Source of the DNA: Planctomycetota bacterium
Lineage (GTDB): Bacteria > Planctomycetota > UBA1135 > UBA2386
DNA: 64,000 nt
Direction: 5' to 3'
Assembly: GCA_965223545.1 (NCBI GenBank)
Contig: OZ245006.1
Coordinates: 7,648,001 to 7,712,000, forward strand
Shown: one piece after another, positions 8,817 to 21,809 of the stretch
Position numbering within the stretch: the stretch's first letter is position 1
Layout of the letters: every line of letters begins with the position of its first letter
Notes under the pieces: generated by a model
Told to the model about the DNA's origin: nothing
Database searches by the model: none
Seen by the model: the letters and a program-made list of their open reading frames with translations, nothing else
Made by a program: the position numbers and the translations under genes

Positions 8817-10625
8817 ATGGAACGGTTCCAAGCGATCATCCAGCAGATCAAGGCCGCCACCGACTTGGTGGCGTTGATCGAGAGCTACGTGCCGCTGCGT
8901 CCCGCCGGTCGCTACTTCAAGGGGCTGTGTCCGTTCCACCAGGAGAAGACGCCGTCGTTCACGGTCTATCCGGACTCGCAGCACTACAAGTGCTACGGCT
9001 GCGGCGCCTGGGGAGACGCGTTCAAGTTCTTGCAGGAGCGCGATGGCCTGACCTTCCGCGAGGCGGTGGAGACCCTGGCGCAGCGCACCGGCGTGTCGAT
9101 CGAGGGCATGTTCGGCGCGCAACGCGAACCGCGCCGGCGCGGCCCCGACCCGCACGCCGTGCTCGCCTTGGTGCGCGACTACTTCGCGGCGGCGCTGCGC
9201 CAGCCGGCGGGCGAGGTGGTGCGCGGCTATCTGGAGCGCCGCGGCCTGGCGGCGGCGATCGAGCCGTTCGGGCTCGGTGCGCACCCGGCCCGGCCGGGCG
9301 TGTTCGGCCAGTTCGCGAAGGCGCAGAAGCTGCCCCTCGACGTGCTGGAGCAGGCCGGTCTGTTGCGGGCCGGGCGCGAGCCCTTCGCGGGCCGGCTGAT
9401 GTTCCCGATCGAGGACGCCCGCGGCCGGGTGATCGGCTTCGGCGGCCGGGCGATGGACGACGCCAGGGCCAAGTACATCAACTCGCCGGAGTCGCCGTTC
9501 TTCCTCAAGCGGCAGACGCTGTACGGCTTGCCTTTGGTGAAGCGGGCCGGCGAGCGCCAGATCGTCGTCGTCGAGGGCTACACCGACGTCATCGCCTGCC
9601 ACCTGGCCGGCTTCCAGGGCGCGGTCGCGACCCTGGGCACCGCGCTGACGCCCGCGCACGGCGAGATCCTGCGCCGCTACGCCAACGGGGGCGTCGTGCT
9701 GCTGTTCGACGGCGACCGCGCCGGCCGCGCCGCGGCGGAGAAGGCCTACCCCGAGCTGGTCAAGACCGAGCTCGAGGTGCGCATCGGTTTGGTCGGCGAT
9801 GGCGCCGATCCCGCCGATCTGCTCTCGGCGCGGCCCGGCCGCGACGCGGGCGAGATCGACGCCGCCCGCACCTCGTTCGCCGAGCTCCTCGCCGGTGCCG
9901 AGGACGCGCTGCAGATGTGGTTTCGTCTCAAGCGGTTGCGCCTGGATCTGCGCCAGGAAGTGCACGTCGCCGCCGTGGTCGAGGACTGCAAGCAGGTGCT
10001 GGCCGGGATCGACGACCGGATGCGCCGCACGCTGCTGCTCGGTCGGATGGCCCAGCAGCTGGGGATCGACGAGGCCACCCTGCGCCGGTCGATCGGCTCC
10101 CTGAAGCCGCGGGTCGCCACCGCGACCACTTCCACCGGCGCCGTCGCCGCGGTCGGCGGTGACGCGGCGGGCGGAGAGGCGGAGCCGGCGACGCCGCTGC
10201 TGGGCGCCGACCAGGACCTGCTGGCCTGTGTCCTGGCCGCGCCGCCGCTGGCGCCGATGGCCGCCGCCGAGCACGAGCTGGCCGCGCCGGTCGAGCGGCT
10301 GGTCGCCGCCGCCGACACCGCCGTGCAGGGCGGTGCCGACGACACCAATGCGTTGCTGCGAATTTTGTTCGCGCATTGCGCCGAAGACCCCGAATCGGGC
10401 AAGATCTTGGCGGTCTGCGCCGACCTCGCCCGTAGCCTCCAGGAGCCCGAAGAGGCCTTCGACCTCGTCTGCCGCCAACGCCGCGCGTTCCTCGCGCGCC
10501 GCAACGCGCAACAGCTTCGCTTCGAGCTCCAACAAGCCCGCGCCGAGGGAAACCACGATCGCGTTCAGGAACTCACTCGACGCTACGTCGAGGAGCTGCG
10601 CGCGCGCGAGGTTTCTCCACCGTAG
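8817..10625 (+). CDS. dnaG: DNA primase
   Basis: CPFHQEKTPSF zinc finger, KYINSPE, VEGYTDV and FDGDRAG Toprim motifs. Confidence 0.97.
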   Translation: MERFQAIIQQIKAATDLVALIESYVPLRPAGRYFKGLCPFHQEKTPSFTVYPDSQHYKCYGCGAWGDAFKFLQERDGLTFREAVETLAQRTGVSIEGMFGAQREPRRRGPDPHAVLALVRDYFAAALRQPAGEVVRGYLERRGLAAAIEPFGLGAHPARPGVFGQFAKAQKLPLDVLEQAGLLRAGREPFAGRLMFPIEDARGRVIGFGGRAMDDARAKYINSPESPFFLKRQTLYGLPLVKRAGERQIVVVEGYTDVIACHLAGFQGAVATLGTALTPAHGEILRRYANGGVVLLFDGDRAGRAAAEKAYPELVKTELEVRIGLVGDGADPADLLSARPGRDAGEIDAARTSFAELLAGAEDALQMWFRLKRLRLDLRQEVHVAAVVEDCKQVLAGIDDRMRRTLLLGRMAQQLGIDEATLRRSIGSLKPRVATATTSTGAVAAVGGDAAGGEAEPATPLLGADQDLLACVLAAPPLAPMAAAEHELAAPVERLVAAADTAVQGGADDTNALLRILFAHCAEDPESGKILAVCADLARSLQEPEEAFDLVCRQRRAFLARRNAQQLRFELQQARAEGNHDRVQELTRRYVEELRAREVSPP

Positions 10626-10670
10626 TTGTCCGACCGGTCCTCTACCCCACCTCCCCCTTCGCCTCCTCGC

Positions 10671-12398
10671 ATGGACAAATTCGAAACGGCCATCAAGAGC
10701 CTCATCAAGCGCGCGCGCAAGAGCGCTTCGGTGACACTGGCACAGCTCAACGACGCCCTGCCGGACGACGCCTCGTCGCCGGAGAAGATCGAGGCCGCGA
10801 TGGCGATGATCGAAGATGCGGGGATCGAGATCGTCGAGCGGGTCGGGCAGAAGTCGCCGGCCGCCGAAGCGGCGAGCCGCCGCGGCAAGAAGGGCAAGGC
10901 CAGCAAGGAGCAGGACCCGTTCGAGTCGGAGGACGAGGAGACCGAGGAGAGTTCGGACGAGGCCGCCGAAGCCGAGCTCGCCGCCGCCGCCGCCGCGGAC
11001 ATGACGGAGAAGATCGACGATCCGGTCCGCATGTATCTCACCCAGATGGGTGAGATCCCGCTGCTCACCCGCGAGGAGGAGATCAGCCTCGCGCGCAAGA
11101 TCGAGCTGACCCGCAAGCAGTTCCGCAAGGAGGTGTTGAGTTCGGGGTTCGGCCTGGCCAACGCGATCGAGATCCTGGAGGACGTGGTCCGCGGCGAGCT
11201 CGCGTTCGACCGCACGCTCAAGGTCAACCAGCAGGACCCCGAGATCGGCAAGGCGGACCTGTCCGACCGGCTGCCCGGCAACATCGACACCCTGCGGCGG
11301 ATGTACGACGCCGCCCGGGCGGATTTCGAAACGGTGACGCACAACGGATGCGCGGCGAGCACGGTCACCGAGCTGCGCAAGCGGATCGTCGCCCGCAAGC
11401 GCAAGTGCGTCATCCTGATCGAGGAGCTCAACCTGCAGGGCAAGAAGGTGCGGCCGATGATCGACCTGCTGGAGAGCAGGTTGGCCGAGCTGCGTCGCCT
11501 GGAGCGCAAGCTCAACAGCTACCGGGGCGCGCAGATCAAGAACCCGATCGCCGTCGAGCTGCGCAAGCGCGTCTCCGACCTCGAGGCCGAGGGCTTGGAG
11601 ACGATCGAGAAGCTCGACCGCCGCCTGCAGCTCGTGCGCGGTGCGTATGCCGCCTACGAAGAGGCCAAGCGCAAGCTGTCGTCCGGCAACCTGCGGTTGG
11701 TGGTGTCGATCGCCAAGAAGTACCGCAACCGCGGCCTGTCCTTCCTCGACCTGATCCAGGAGGGCAACACCGGCCTGATGAAGGCCGTGGAGAAGTACGA
11801 GTACCGGCGCGGCTACAAGTTCTCGACCTACGCCACGTGGTGGATCCGGCAGGCCATCACCCGCTCGATCGCCGACCAGGCGCGCACCATCCGCATTCCG
11901 GTGCACATGATCGAGACGATGAGCAAGCTGCGCAACGTCACCAAGAAGCTGATTCAGGCCAAGGGGCGCGAGCCCTCGATCGAGGAGGTCGCGGAAGCGG
12001 CGCAGGTCTCGGTCGAGGAGGCCAAGCGCGTGATGAAGATCAGCAAGCACCCGATCTCGCTGGACCGGCCGATCGGCGAGTCGGACGACTCGTACTTCGG
12101 TGACTTCATCGAGGACGAGGCGGTGGAGTCGCCGGTGTTGGCGGCCAGCCGCGAGATGCTCAAGGAGCGCATCGACAATGTGCTGAGCACGCTGACCTTC
12201 CGCGAGCGCGAGATCATCAAGCTGCGCTACGGCATCGGCGATGGCTACACCTACACGCTGGAAGAGGTCGGTCGGATCTTCCGCGTCACCCGCGAGCGGG
12301 TCCGGCAGATCGAGGCCAAGGCGGTGCGCAAGCTGCAGCACCCGGTCCGGGCGCGGCGTCTTTCCGGCTTTCTCGACGCCAGCCACGAATCGTCGTAG
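10671..12398 (+). CDS. rpoD: Primary sigma factor RpoD
   Basis: [51 protein letters not shown]; downstream of dnaG; start could be TTG 10626. Confidence 0.97.
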   Translation: MDKFETAIKSLIKRARKSASVTLAQLNDALPDDASSPEKIEAAMAMIEDAGIEIVERVGQKSPAAEAASRRGKKGKASKEQDPFESEDEETEESSDEAAEAELAAAAAADMTEKIDDPVRMYLTQMGEIPLLTREEEISLARKIELTRKQFRKEVLSSGFGLANAIEILEDVVRGELAFDRTLKVNQQDPEIGKADLSDRLPGNIDTLRRMYDAARADFETVTHNGCAASTVTELRKRIVARKRKCVILIEELNLQGKKVRPMIDLLESRLAELRRLERKLNSYRGAQIKNPIAVELRKRVSDLEAEGLETIEKLDRRLQLVRGAYAAYEEAKRKLSSGNLRLVVSIAKKYRNRGLSFLDLIQEGNTGLMKAVEKYEYRRGYKFSTYATWWIRQAITRSIADQARTIRIPVHMIETMSKLRNVTKKLIQAKGREPSIEEVAEAAQVSVEEAKRVMKISKHPISLDRPIGESDDSYFGDFIEDEAVESPVLAASREMLKERIDNVLSTLTFREREIIKLRYGIGDGYTYTLEEVGRIFRVTRERVRQIEAKAVRKLQHPVRARRLSGFLDASHESS

Positions 12399-12572
12399 CC
12401 CGGCGGCGGTGACGCCCATGGCGTGGCTTCAATCGGCGGGGCGGCCTCGGCTCGGCGCCGCTGGACCGGCGGTGGGCTAAGGGACTGTCCGGCTGTCGGC
12501 CGAAAGGTCGGGGAGTTCGAGCGCAACGGTGCTCGGACCTCGGGGGAGTCTGACTCGGGGGAGTCTGAACGG

Positions 12573-13720
12573 ATGTTGCGAGCGGAAACCCAGGGCGTGC
12601 GGGTCGCCGGTTCAGAGCAGCGGTGCGCCAAGGCCGCCGTCGGCGAGATGGCGGCGGCGCTGCGCCAGCCGGGGTTGGAGCTCGTGACCCTGCACTTCTC
12701 ACCGGACTACGACCGCGACGAGCTCGCGGCGGCGGTCGCGGCGGAGTTCGGTGACGTTCCGGTGATCGGCTGCTCGACCGCGGGGGAGCTGTCGCCCGAC
12801 GGCTACCGCGACGGCAGCATGAGCGGATTCAGCCTGGGCGGGGACGACTTCCGCGCCGCGACCGTGCTGCTCGACGAGCTGCAGAACTTCGAGTTCGAGC
12901 GCGGCGCGGCCGCGGCGCGCGCGCTGCGCGAGCAGCTCGCTGCCCGGGGCCCGGCGCCGCGCGGAGCGAACAGCTTCGGCTACCTGCTGATCGACGGGCT
13001 GTCGGTGCGCGAGGAAGCGGTCGCCAGCTCGCTGTACCAGGGCCTGGGCGACATCGAGATGTTCGGTGGCTCGGCCGGTGATGCCACGTCGTTCCAGAGC
13101 ACGTGGGTGCTGCGCGACGGCGAGCTGCAGACCGATGCCGCGGTGTTCGCCCTGGTGCAGACCACGCGGCCGTTCTGCGTGTTCCAGACCCAGCACTTCG
13201 ACCCGAGCACCGAGCGGATGATCGTCACCGAGGCCGATGTCGCCCGGCGCGTGGTCACCGAGATCAACGGCAACCCCGCAGCGGTCGAGTTCGCCCGGTT
13301 GGTCGGTCTCGAGTCCGAAGAGCTCACCCCGATGATCTTCGCCAGCCACCCGGTGGTGGTGCGGATCGGCGGCAAGCCGTTCGTCCGCTCGATCCAGAAG
13401 GCCAACGAGGACCTGAGCCTGACGTTCTTCTGCAGCATCGACGAGGGCATCGTGCTGACCGTGGCCCGGGGCGTGGACATGGCGGCGCGCCTGAGCGAGG
13501 AGCTGGCGCAAGTGCACGCGCAGATCGGTCAGCCCGACCTCGTCATCGGCTGCGATTGCATCCTGCGCAAGCTCGAGATGGAGCAGAAGTCGCTGACCGA
13601 CGAGGTGTTCGACGTGCTGCGGGGCAGCAACGTCGTCGGCTTCAGCACGTATGGGGAACAGTACAACGGAATGCACGTCAATCAGACGTTCACCGGGGTC
13701 GCGATCGGCGCGGACGAATC

Positions 13721-13724
<4 letters not shown>
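12573..13724 (+). CDS. FIST-domain sensor (NosP-like)
   Basis: [39 protein letters not shown] motifs. Confidence 0.88.
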
Positions 13725-15928
<2,204 letters not shown>

Positions 15929-16031
15929 CCGCCTGACCCGGTCGTTCGGCCGCGCCCGACGCGTTCCCCACTGCGAAACGTTTCTCTGAGCGGCCTTGCC
16001 GTGTCGGTCGTCCCAGCTATCCTCCCCCTGG

Positions 16032-16739
16032 GTGCACCCCGACATCAAGAAGCTACTCGAGGTCCAGAGGGTCGACCGGACGCTGGCCAGCATCCGGAGG
16101 GACCTGACCTCGTTGCCGGAAGAAGAGCAGCGACGGCGTCAGCAGCTCGACAAGACGCGGCAACGCGCGGAGGCGGCGCAGGCGGAGCTGCAGCGGGCAG
16201 AAGTCGAGAGTCGGGCGCAGGAAAAGGGCATCCAGGCGGCCGACGAGGAGATCAAGAAGCTGCAAGGTCGGCTGAACACCGTCAAGAACAACGCCGAGTA
16301 CCAGGCCACACTGTTCCAGATCGAGGCGGTGAAGAAGGAGCAGAGCTCGATCGAGGAAGAGGGCGTAGAACTGCTCGACAAGCTGGAGACCATGCGCGCC
16401 GAGGTCGAACGACTGAAAGCCGCGCTGACCGACGAAGAGGCGACCTTCGCCAAGTTCCTCGAAGAGGCTTCGACCCTGCGCGCCGAGCGCGAAGGCGAGC
16501 TGGCCAAGGCGGGCGAGGGGCGGGACGCGATGCTCGCCGACATCTCGCGCGATGCCCTCGAGCGTTACAGCTCGCTGTTCGACGTGCGCGACGGCGAGGC
16601 GGTCTGCGCGGTCGAGGGCGAGGTGTGCACCGGTTGCTACACGCGGGTGACGCCCAACGACTTGGCGCGGCTGATGGGCGCATCGAGCATCGTGCAGTGC
16701 GGCTCTTGCCAGCGCATGCTCTACCTGGCTGACGGCTGA
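16032..16739 (+). CDS. Coiled-coil C4 zinc-ribbon protein (DUF164 type)
   Basis: Long coiled coil, KNNAEYQA, CTGC...CGSCQRMLY. Confidence 0.85.
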   Translation: MHPDIKKLLEVQRVDRTLASIRRDLTSLPEEEQRRRQQLDKTRQRAEAAQAELQRAEVESRAQEKGIQAADEEIKKLQGRLNTVKNNAEYQATLFQIEAVKKEQSSIEEEGVELLDKLETMRAEVERLKAALTDEEATFAKFLEEASTLRAEREGELAKAGEGRDAMLADISRDALERYSSLFDVRDGEAVCAVEGEVCTGCYTRVTPNDLARLMGASSIVQCGSCQRMLYLADG

Positions 16740-16744
16740 GGGCG

Positions 16745-18712
16745 TTGGGCGTACGCGGCGCGATCCACCCGGTCATGGTCGGGACCGCCGGCCACATCGA
16801 TCACGGCAAGAGCTCCCTGGTGCGGGCGCTGACCGGCACCGATCCCGACCGCCTCAAGGAGGAGCAGGAGCGCGGCCTGACGATCGATCTGGGCTTCGCC
16901 AGCCTGAAGCTCAACGACGGCCGGCTGCTCGGGTTGATCGACGTCCCCGGCCACGAGCGCTTCGTGCGCAACATGGTCGCCGGCAGTACGGGTCTCGATC
17001 TGGCGGTGTTGGTCGTCGCCGCCGACGACGGCGTGATGCCGCAGACCGAGGAGCACCTCGACATCATCGATCTCCTCGGCGTCCGCCGCGGTGTGATCGC
17101 GCTGACCAAGATCGACCTGGTCGACGAGGAGGTGGCGCAGCTGGCCGAGGACGAGATTCGCGAGCGCGTGGCGGGGACCGTGCTGCAAGACGCGCCTCTC
17201 CTGCGGGTCAGCTCGACGACCGGCGAGGGCGTGCCGGAGTTGTCGGCGGCGATCGAGGCGTTGGCCTTGGACACGCCACCGCGGCCGGCCACCGGCTCGT
17301 TCCGGATGCCGATCCAGCGCGTGTTCCAGCTCAAGGGTATCGGCACGGTGGTCACCGGCGTGCCGGTGGCGGGCGCGATCGAGTCCGGTGGGCAGGTCGA
17401 GTTCCTGCCGGGTGCGGCGCGCTCCAAGGTCCGCGCCCTGCAGGCGTTCGGCGGCAAGGTGGCGCGCGCCGTCGCCGGCCACAGCGCTGCCCTGTCGGTA
17501 CCCGATGTGCGCGCCAGCGAGCTGTCGCGCGGCGTCGTCGCCGTCTCGCCCGGGGTGTACTCGACCGGCAACGCGGTCGACGTCGAGCTGCGGTTGCTGC
17601 CCCGCGCGCTGCCGTTCGAGCACCGCCGCGAGGTGCGCTTCCACACCGGCACGGTCGAGACGCAAGGCCTGCTGCTGCTGCTGGACCGGGATCGTCTGGG
17701 GCCCGGCGAGGAGGTGGTGGCTCGCGTGCTACTCACCGATTCGTTGTGCTGCGCCCCCGGAGATCGCTTCTTGCTGCGGCTGCAGAACCCCGTGGTGACG
17801 GTGGGCGGCGGCACCGTGCTGCGCCTGCTCGACGCGCCCCGGCGCTATCGGCGGCGCATGCTGAGCGACGAGCTCGAGCGCCTGCACGCGGCGGGCGCCT
17901 CGATCGAGAACCGCGTGCACGAAGAGCTGACCATGGCCGGCGTGCAAGGTCTGACCCCGGGCGAACTCGCCGCGACCCTCGCCATCGACACCGGTGAGGC
18001 GTTGGAGTTGATGCACGAGCTCGATGACGTGCACTTCCATGAGCGCGGCGGCCGCGCGTTCTTGACCGATGTGCTGGCCGGCGGGATCGCCGAGGTGGAG
18101 GCCTCGGTCGGCCGCATGTTGCGCGATCGGCCGCTGGCGGCATCGGTCAAGCGAGCGTCGTTCCGGCACAGCCGCGCGCTGCCGGCGGTGTTGCTCGAGG
18201 CCGCGCTCGACGAGCTCGTCGCCAAGGGCAAGGTCCGCACCGGCACGCAGGGCGTGGTGACCTTCGTCGATCGGCTGAAGCCGCTGTCGCCGGTGGATGC
18301 CGACCGCCTGCGCCGCGTGGAGGCGGTTTGCCAGCAGAGGCGCTTCCGGCCGGCGACCCCGGCCGAAATGGCGGCTGCGGTCGGTGAGTCGGCGTCGGCT
18401 CTGGAGGGGCTGCTGGCGCGCGCCGCCGACGAGGGCCGCATCGAACGCGTGGGCGATCACCTCTACGACGCTGCGACCCTGCGCCGTGCCCTGCGCCGCG
18501 TGCGGCAGAACTGCCTGCGCAACGACGACGTGCTCGACATCCCGTCGCTGCGCGACGAGTTCGACACCAGCCGCAAGTTCCTGATCCCGCTGCTCGAGTA
18601 TGTCGATGGCACCGGTCTCACCCGGTTGCGCGGCGGGGTGCGGGTCTTGCTGCCATCATCGGCAATCGCGGAGCAGCTCGCGGCCGAGGACGGCGCGGCC
18701 GGCGGCGAGTAG
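16745..18712 (+). CDS. selB: Selenocysteine-specific elongation factor
   Basis: GTAGHIDHGKS, RGLTIDLGF, DVPGHERF, C-terminal winged helix SRKFLIPLLEYVD. Confidence 0.93.
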   Translation: MGVRGAIHPVMVGTAGHIDHGKSSLVRALTGTDPDRLKEEQERGLTIDLGFASLKLNDGRLLGLIDVPGHERFVRNMVAGSTGLDLAVLVVAADDGVMPQTEEHLDIIDLLGVRRGVIALTKIDLVDEEVAQLAEDEIRERVAGTVLQDAPLLRVSSTTGEGVPELSAAIEALALDTPPRPATGSFRMPIQRVFQLKGIGTVVTGVPVAGAIESGGQVEFLPGAARSKVRALQAFGGKVARAVAGHSAALSVPDVRASELSRGVVAVSPGVYSTGNAVDVELRLLPRALPFEHRREVRFHTGTVETQGLLLLLDRDRLGPGEEVVARVLLTDSLCCAPGDRFLLRLQNPVVTVGGGTVLRLLDAPRRYRRRMLSDELERLHAAGASIENRVHEELTMAGVQGLTPGELAATLAIDTGEALELMHELDDVHFHERGGRAFLTDVLAGGIAEVEASVGRMLRDRPLAASVKRASFRHSRALPAVLLEAALDELVAKGKVRTGTQGVVTFVDRLKPLSPVDADRLRRVEAVCQQRRFRPATPAEMAAAVGESASALEGLLARAADEGRIERVGDHLYDAATLRRALRRVRQNCLRNDDVLDIPSLRDEFDTSRKFLIPLLEYVDGTGLTRLRGGVRVLLPSSAIAEQLAAEDGAAGGE

Positions 18713-18924
18713 CCTCTCCGGTGCCCAAACGGCGCTGTCAAGGGGAGTTGCCGATTGCGTCGGCGGCGCTGCTGGCATCGTCTGTCGATGAGCCGGGATC
18801 CGTGCACGACGCTTCCGGCGAAGACCCGGCAGCCCGGCTCGAGTCCGGCCCCTGACGGTGCCGATAGTGAGACCGACTGGCCAGTCCGCGATTTGATACA
18901 AAGCCGTCCCCAGCAGGAGTTCCG

Positions 18925-21171
18925 ATGACCGGCGAAAACGACCCACGCGAAATCTCCGAGGAGAACGAGTTCGACGATCTCGAGGAGTCGTCGTACATCC
19001 TCGAGGATTGGGACGAGATCGACGGCGTCGTTTCGGAGATCAAGGAGGACGTCGGCAAGCAGCTGCGCGAGGCTGCGGGCCTTGACGCGGATGAGGAAAC
19101 GCTCGACGCGGACCCCTTCGGCGAGGCTGGCCTCGACGAAGACGCGGGTGACGACGTCGGCGGTGAGGTCGCGGACGCGATCGACGAAGCGCTGGCGCTG
19201 GTCGACGATCCGCCGGCGTCGGCCGAACCCGCACCCGCGGCCGCCGCGTGGCCCGCGGACGACGGGGACGAGGACGACAGCGATCTGGATGCGTGGTTGG
19301 CCTCGGCGGAGGATCCGTCGTCGGCCGGCGCGCAACCGCCGGCTGCGCCCACTCCCGAGGCGGCTGCCACCGCGCAGCCTTCGGCACCGGCCTCCGCCGC
19401 GGCGGACAGCGACGACGATCTGGGCTTGTTCGATGCTTCGGAGTTGCCCGGAGCCCCCGAGGACTTTCTGTTCGAGCCCGGCCCGACCATCGACACCGGC
19501 CGCGCGACGGCGCGGCGGTTCGACGAGGACGGTGGGACGGCTTGGGGTGGCGCGGCGCAGGACTCCGGCGACATCGGCCTGCCGGGCGGCGACGCGCCGG
19601 CGTTCGCCCCGCCGCCGGCCGGCGACGCCGCGCCGGGCGCCGCTGGCGAGGGACAGAGCTTCGACTCGTTGGAGACGTTCGAGGCCTTCGATCCGGGCGA
19701 TTCGCTGGACGACGTGACCAGCTTCGACATCGAGGAAGAGCCCGCGTTCGCCGCGCCGCCCACCCCGTCGTTTGCCGGCTCCGCGCCGGCGGACAACGTC
19801 CACAGTGTCTCTCTCGATGACGAGGCCGAGGACTGGGGCGATGAGGAGTCGGTTGCCGAGGACCAGGGCGACTGGGCGGAAGGCGACGACGACTGGCGCG
19901 ACGACAACGAGGAATACACCTCGGACTCCGACCCGATCTACGGCGAAGAAGGCGACGAGGACTACGACGGCGAGGAGGTGGCTGGCGAGTTCGACGGCGA
20001 CGACTACGCCGACGACTTCGAGGACTTCGACGACTACGCCGAGCCGGAGATCGGTGCGCAGGAGCGCCTCGACTTCGGTGAGCGCGAGCGCAGCCGCGCG
20101 CCGCTGTGGGCCGCGGCGGCCGCGGCGGTGCTGCTGCTCGGGGGAGCGGGCGGCTACTGGGCCTGGCAACAGCGGCGCGGTACGGCCGAAGACGGCGGGC
20201 AGGTCACCCTGCGGCGCGCCGAGATCGCCCGGCCGGATACGCGGCTGGCAGTGGCGGCTCCGCCGGATGCGCTGCCCGATGCAGTCGCGACGCTGACCCC
20301 GCCGGCGATCGACGTCCCGGTGCCGGAGCAGGGCGACCCGACCGAGGTCGATCCCATCGAGATCGACCCCCTGGTGGCAATTCCGCAGGGCGACCCAGAG
20401 ACCGACCCGCAGACCGACCCAGAGACCGACCCACAGGGCGATCCCGGTGCGGTGGCGCAAGCGGATCCGCCGCCAGGTGGCCAGACCGATCCGGGTGGAG
20501 AGGCGCTGCCGCAGGGCGGTGACCCGTCGGTGACGATCGCCGACCCGACGTTGCCGCCGGTCTCACCGCCCTCCCAAGCGGCGCGGCCGACCGAGGAGGC
20601 GCCGTTGGCGATCGGAGACGAGCTCGAGATCGGCGGCGAATCGGCCTTCGCCGGAATCGTCGACGCGCAGCCGCCGGCGCTCGAGGTCGATCTGGTCGCC
20701 GGCGATCACGCCTTTGCCGAGCTGAAGAACGGCAACTACTTCATCGGCAACGTCAAGGCCCTGGACGCGAACGACATCACCCTGCGGCTCGAGGCAGGCG
20801 AAGTGACGCTGCCGTTCACCGTGCTGCGTCAGGTCGGCTCCGTGGACAGCGAGGAGTTCACCCAGCTGCGCCAGCAGCGCACTGGATTCATCCGGCTCAA
20901 CAACCAGAACCGGATCCGCGGCGGCATCTCGGCGCGGGGCGATGGGCGCGACGTCGCCATCGGCCAGCACGCGCGCGTGGTGATCCCGGACACCGAGATC
21001 ATGGAGATCACGGACGAGGACCCCGCCGGCGTGCGGCTCGGCGAGGAGAGCGACGACGAGTGGGTGCGCAGCCTGGTCCGCGAGCGACTGCGCAAGCAAG
21101 CCGCTCCGCGCGCGGCCGAGCCGCCGCAGCCACCGCAGCCGCAGCCGCAGCCGCCGGCCGGCGGCAAGTGA
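18925..21171 (+). CDS. Hypothetical bitopic membrane protein with a very acidic disordered N-terminus
   Basis: AGGAG RBS; about 390 D/E-rich residues, one TM helix, Pro-rich repeats, small C-terminal beta-rich domain. Confidence 0.7.
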   Translation: MTGENDPREISEENEFDDLEESSYILEDWDEIDGVVSEIKEDVGKQLREAAGLDADEETLDADPFGEAGLDEDAGDDVGGEVADAIDEALALVDDPPASAEPAPAAAAWPADDGDEDDSDLDAWLASAEDPSSAGAQPPAAPTPEAAATAQPSAPASAAADSDDDLGLFDASELPGAPEDFLFEPGPTIDTGRATARRFDEDGGTAWGGAAQDSGDIGLPGGDAPAFAPPPAGDAAPGAAGEGQSFDSLETFEAFDPGDSLDDVTSFDIEEEPAFAAPPTPSFAGSAPADNVHSVSLDDEAEDWGDEESVAEDQGDWAEGDDDWRDDNEEYTSDSDPIYGEEGDEDYDGEEVAGEFDGDDYADDFEDFDDYAEPEIGAQERLDFGERERSRAPLWAAAAAAVLLLGGAGGYWAWQQRRGTAEDGGQVTLRRAEIARPDTRLAVAAPPDALPDAVATLTPPAIDVPVPEQGDPTEVDPIEIDPLVAIPQGDPETDPQTDPETDPQGDPGAVAQADPPPGGQTDPGGEALPQGGDPSVTIADPTLPPVSPPSQAARPTEEAPLAIGDELEIGGESAFAGIVDAQPPALEVDLVAGDHAFAELKNGNYFIGNVKALDANDITLRLEAGEVTLPFTVLRQVGSVDSEEFTQLRQQRTGFIRLNNQNRIRGGISARGDGRDVAIGQHARVVIPDTEIMEITDEDPAGVRLGEESDDEWVRSLVRERLRKQAAPRAAEPPQPPQPQPQPPAGGK
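20383..20442 (+). repeat. Five 12-bp in-frame tandem repeats (PQGD/PETD/PQTD)
   Basis: ccgcagggcgac ccagagaccgac ccgcagaccgac ccagagaccgac ccacagggcgat. Confidence 0.8.
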
Positions 21172-21228
21172 GCGCGGCCCCGCCCGATGGCTTGCGGGCG
21201 GCGGGGTTGGTAGCGTTGCGCCCTGTCG

Positions 21229-21753
21229 ATGGCGATCTGTGACGAGTGCGGCAACGACGCCCTCGCCCGGGCGCAGATCGAGGGCCAGTCGGTGCTCGAG
21301 TGCGGACTGTGCGGGGCGATCACCGGCGACGATCCGGCCGTCACCGCGGTGCTGGCGGCGCGGCAGGCACGCGAGCGCGGCTTCGATCCGTCGATCTACG
21401 CGTTGGTGCAGACCCTGGAGCAGCTCGGCGGTCTCTCGGTGGTCGCCGCCGACCCCGGCGACCCCGACGCGCTCGTTTGGCCGTTCGTGCAGCTCGCGGT
21501 CCGCGGCGCGGAGGGCTGGCGCACGGTGGAGAGCGTCGTGCAGTCGCTCGCGCTCAGCGCTGCCGGCCAAGACGTCCACTGGGTGCTGGAGTTGGAGTAC
21601 CGCCGCCGACTGGTGCTCACTCTCAAGCCGCGATTCCACCGCCGGCCGGGCGAAGTGACGGCGACGGCGGTGCGGGACGCGCAGCGCGACCTCGGCCGCG
21701 TGCAGCGCAACCTGGCCGCGCACGCGCGGCTGTCGTGGTGGTCGGCTTCCTAG
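21229..21753 (+). CDS. Hypothetical protein with N-terminal CxxC..CxxC zinc ribbon
   Basis: CDEC..CGLC; host-like codon usage. Confidence 0.6.
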   Translation: MAICDECGNDALARAQIEGQSVLECGLCGAITGDDPAVTAVLAARQARERGFDPSIYALVQTLEQLGGLSVVAADPGDPDALVWPFVQLAVRGAEGWRTVESVVQSLALSAAGQDVHWVLELEYRRRLVLTLKPRFHRRPGEVTATAVRDAQRDLGRVQRNLAAHARLSWWSAS

Positions 21754-21809
21754 TCTCGCCGCGCGTCGATCGGCTACCATCGGCGACGCCCCGCGAAACC
21801 GCGACCCCG

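Noticed and set aside
8649..12419. 1256-aa minus-strand ORF and many other long overlapping ORFs
   Set aside because: Antisense shadows of dnaG/rpoD and other real genes; expected in high-GC DNA; no recognisable motifs
12477..12506. Sigma28-like promoter (TAAG..GCCGAAAG); a similar motif lies near 18839-18867
   Set aside because: Spacing and match are imperfect, and GCCGA is common in GC-rich DNA
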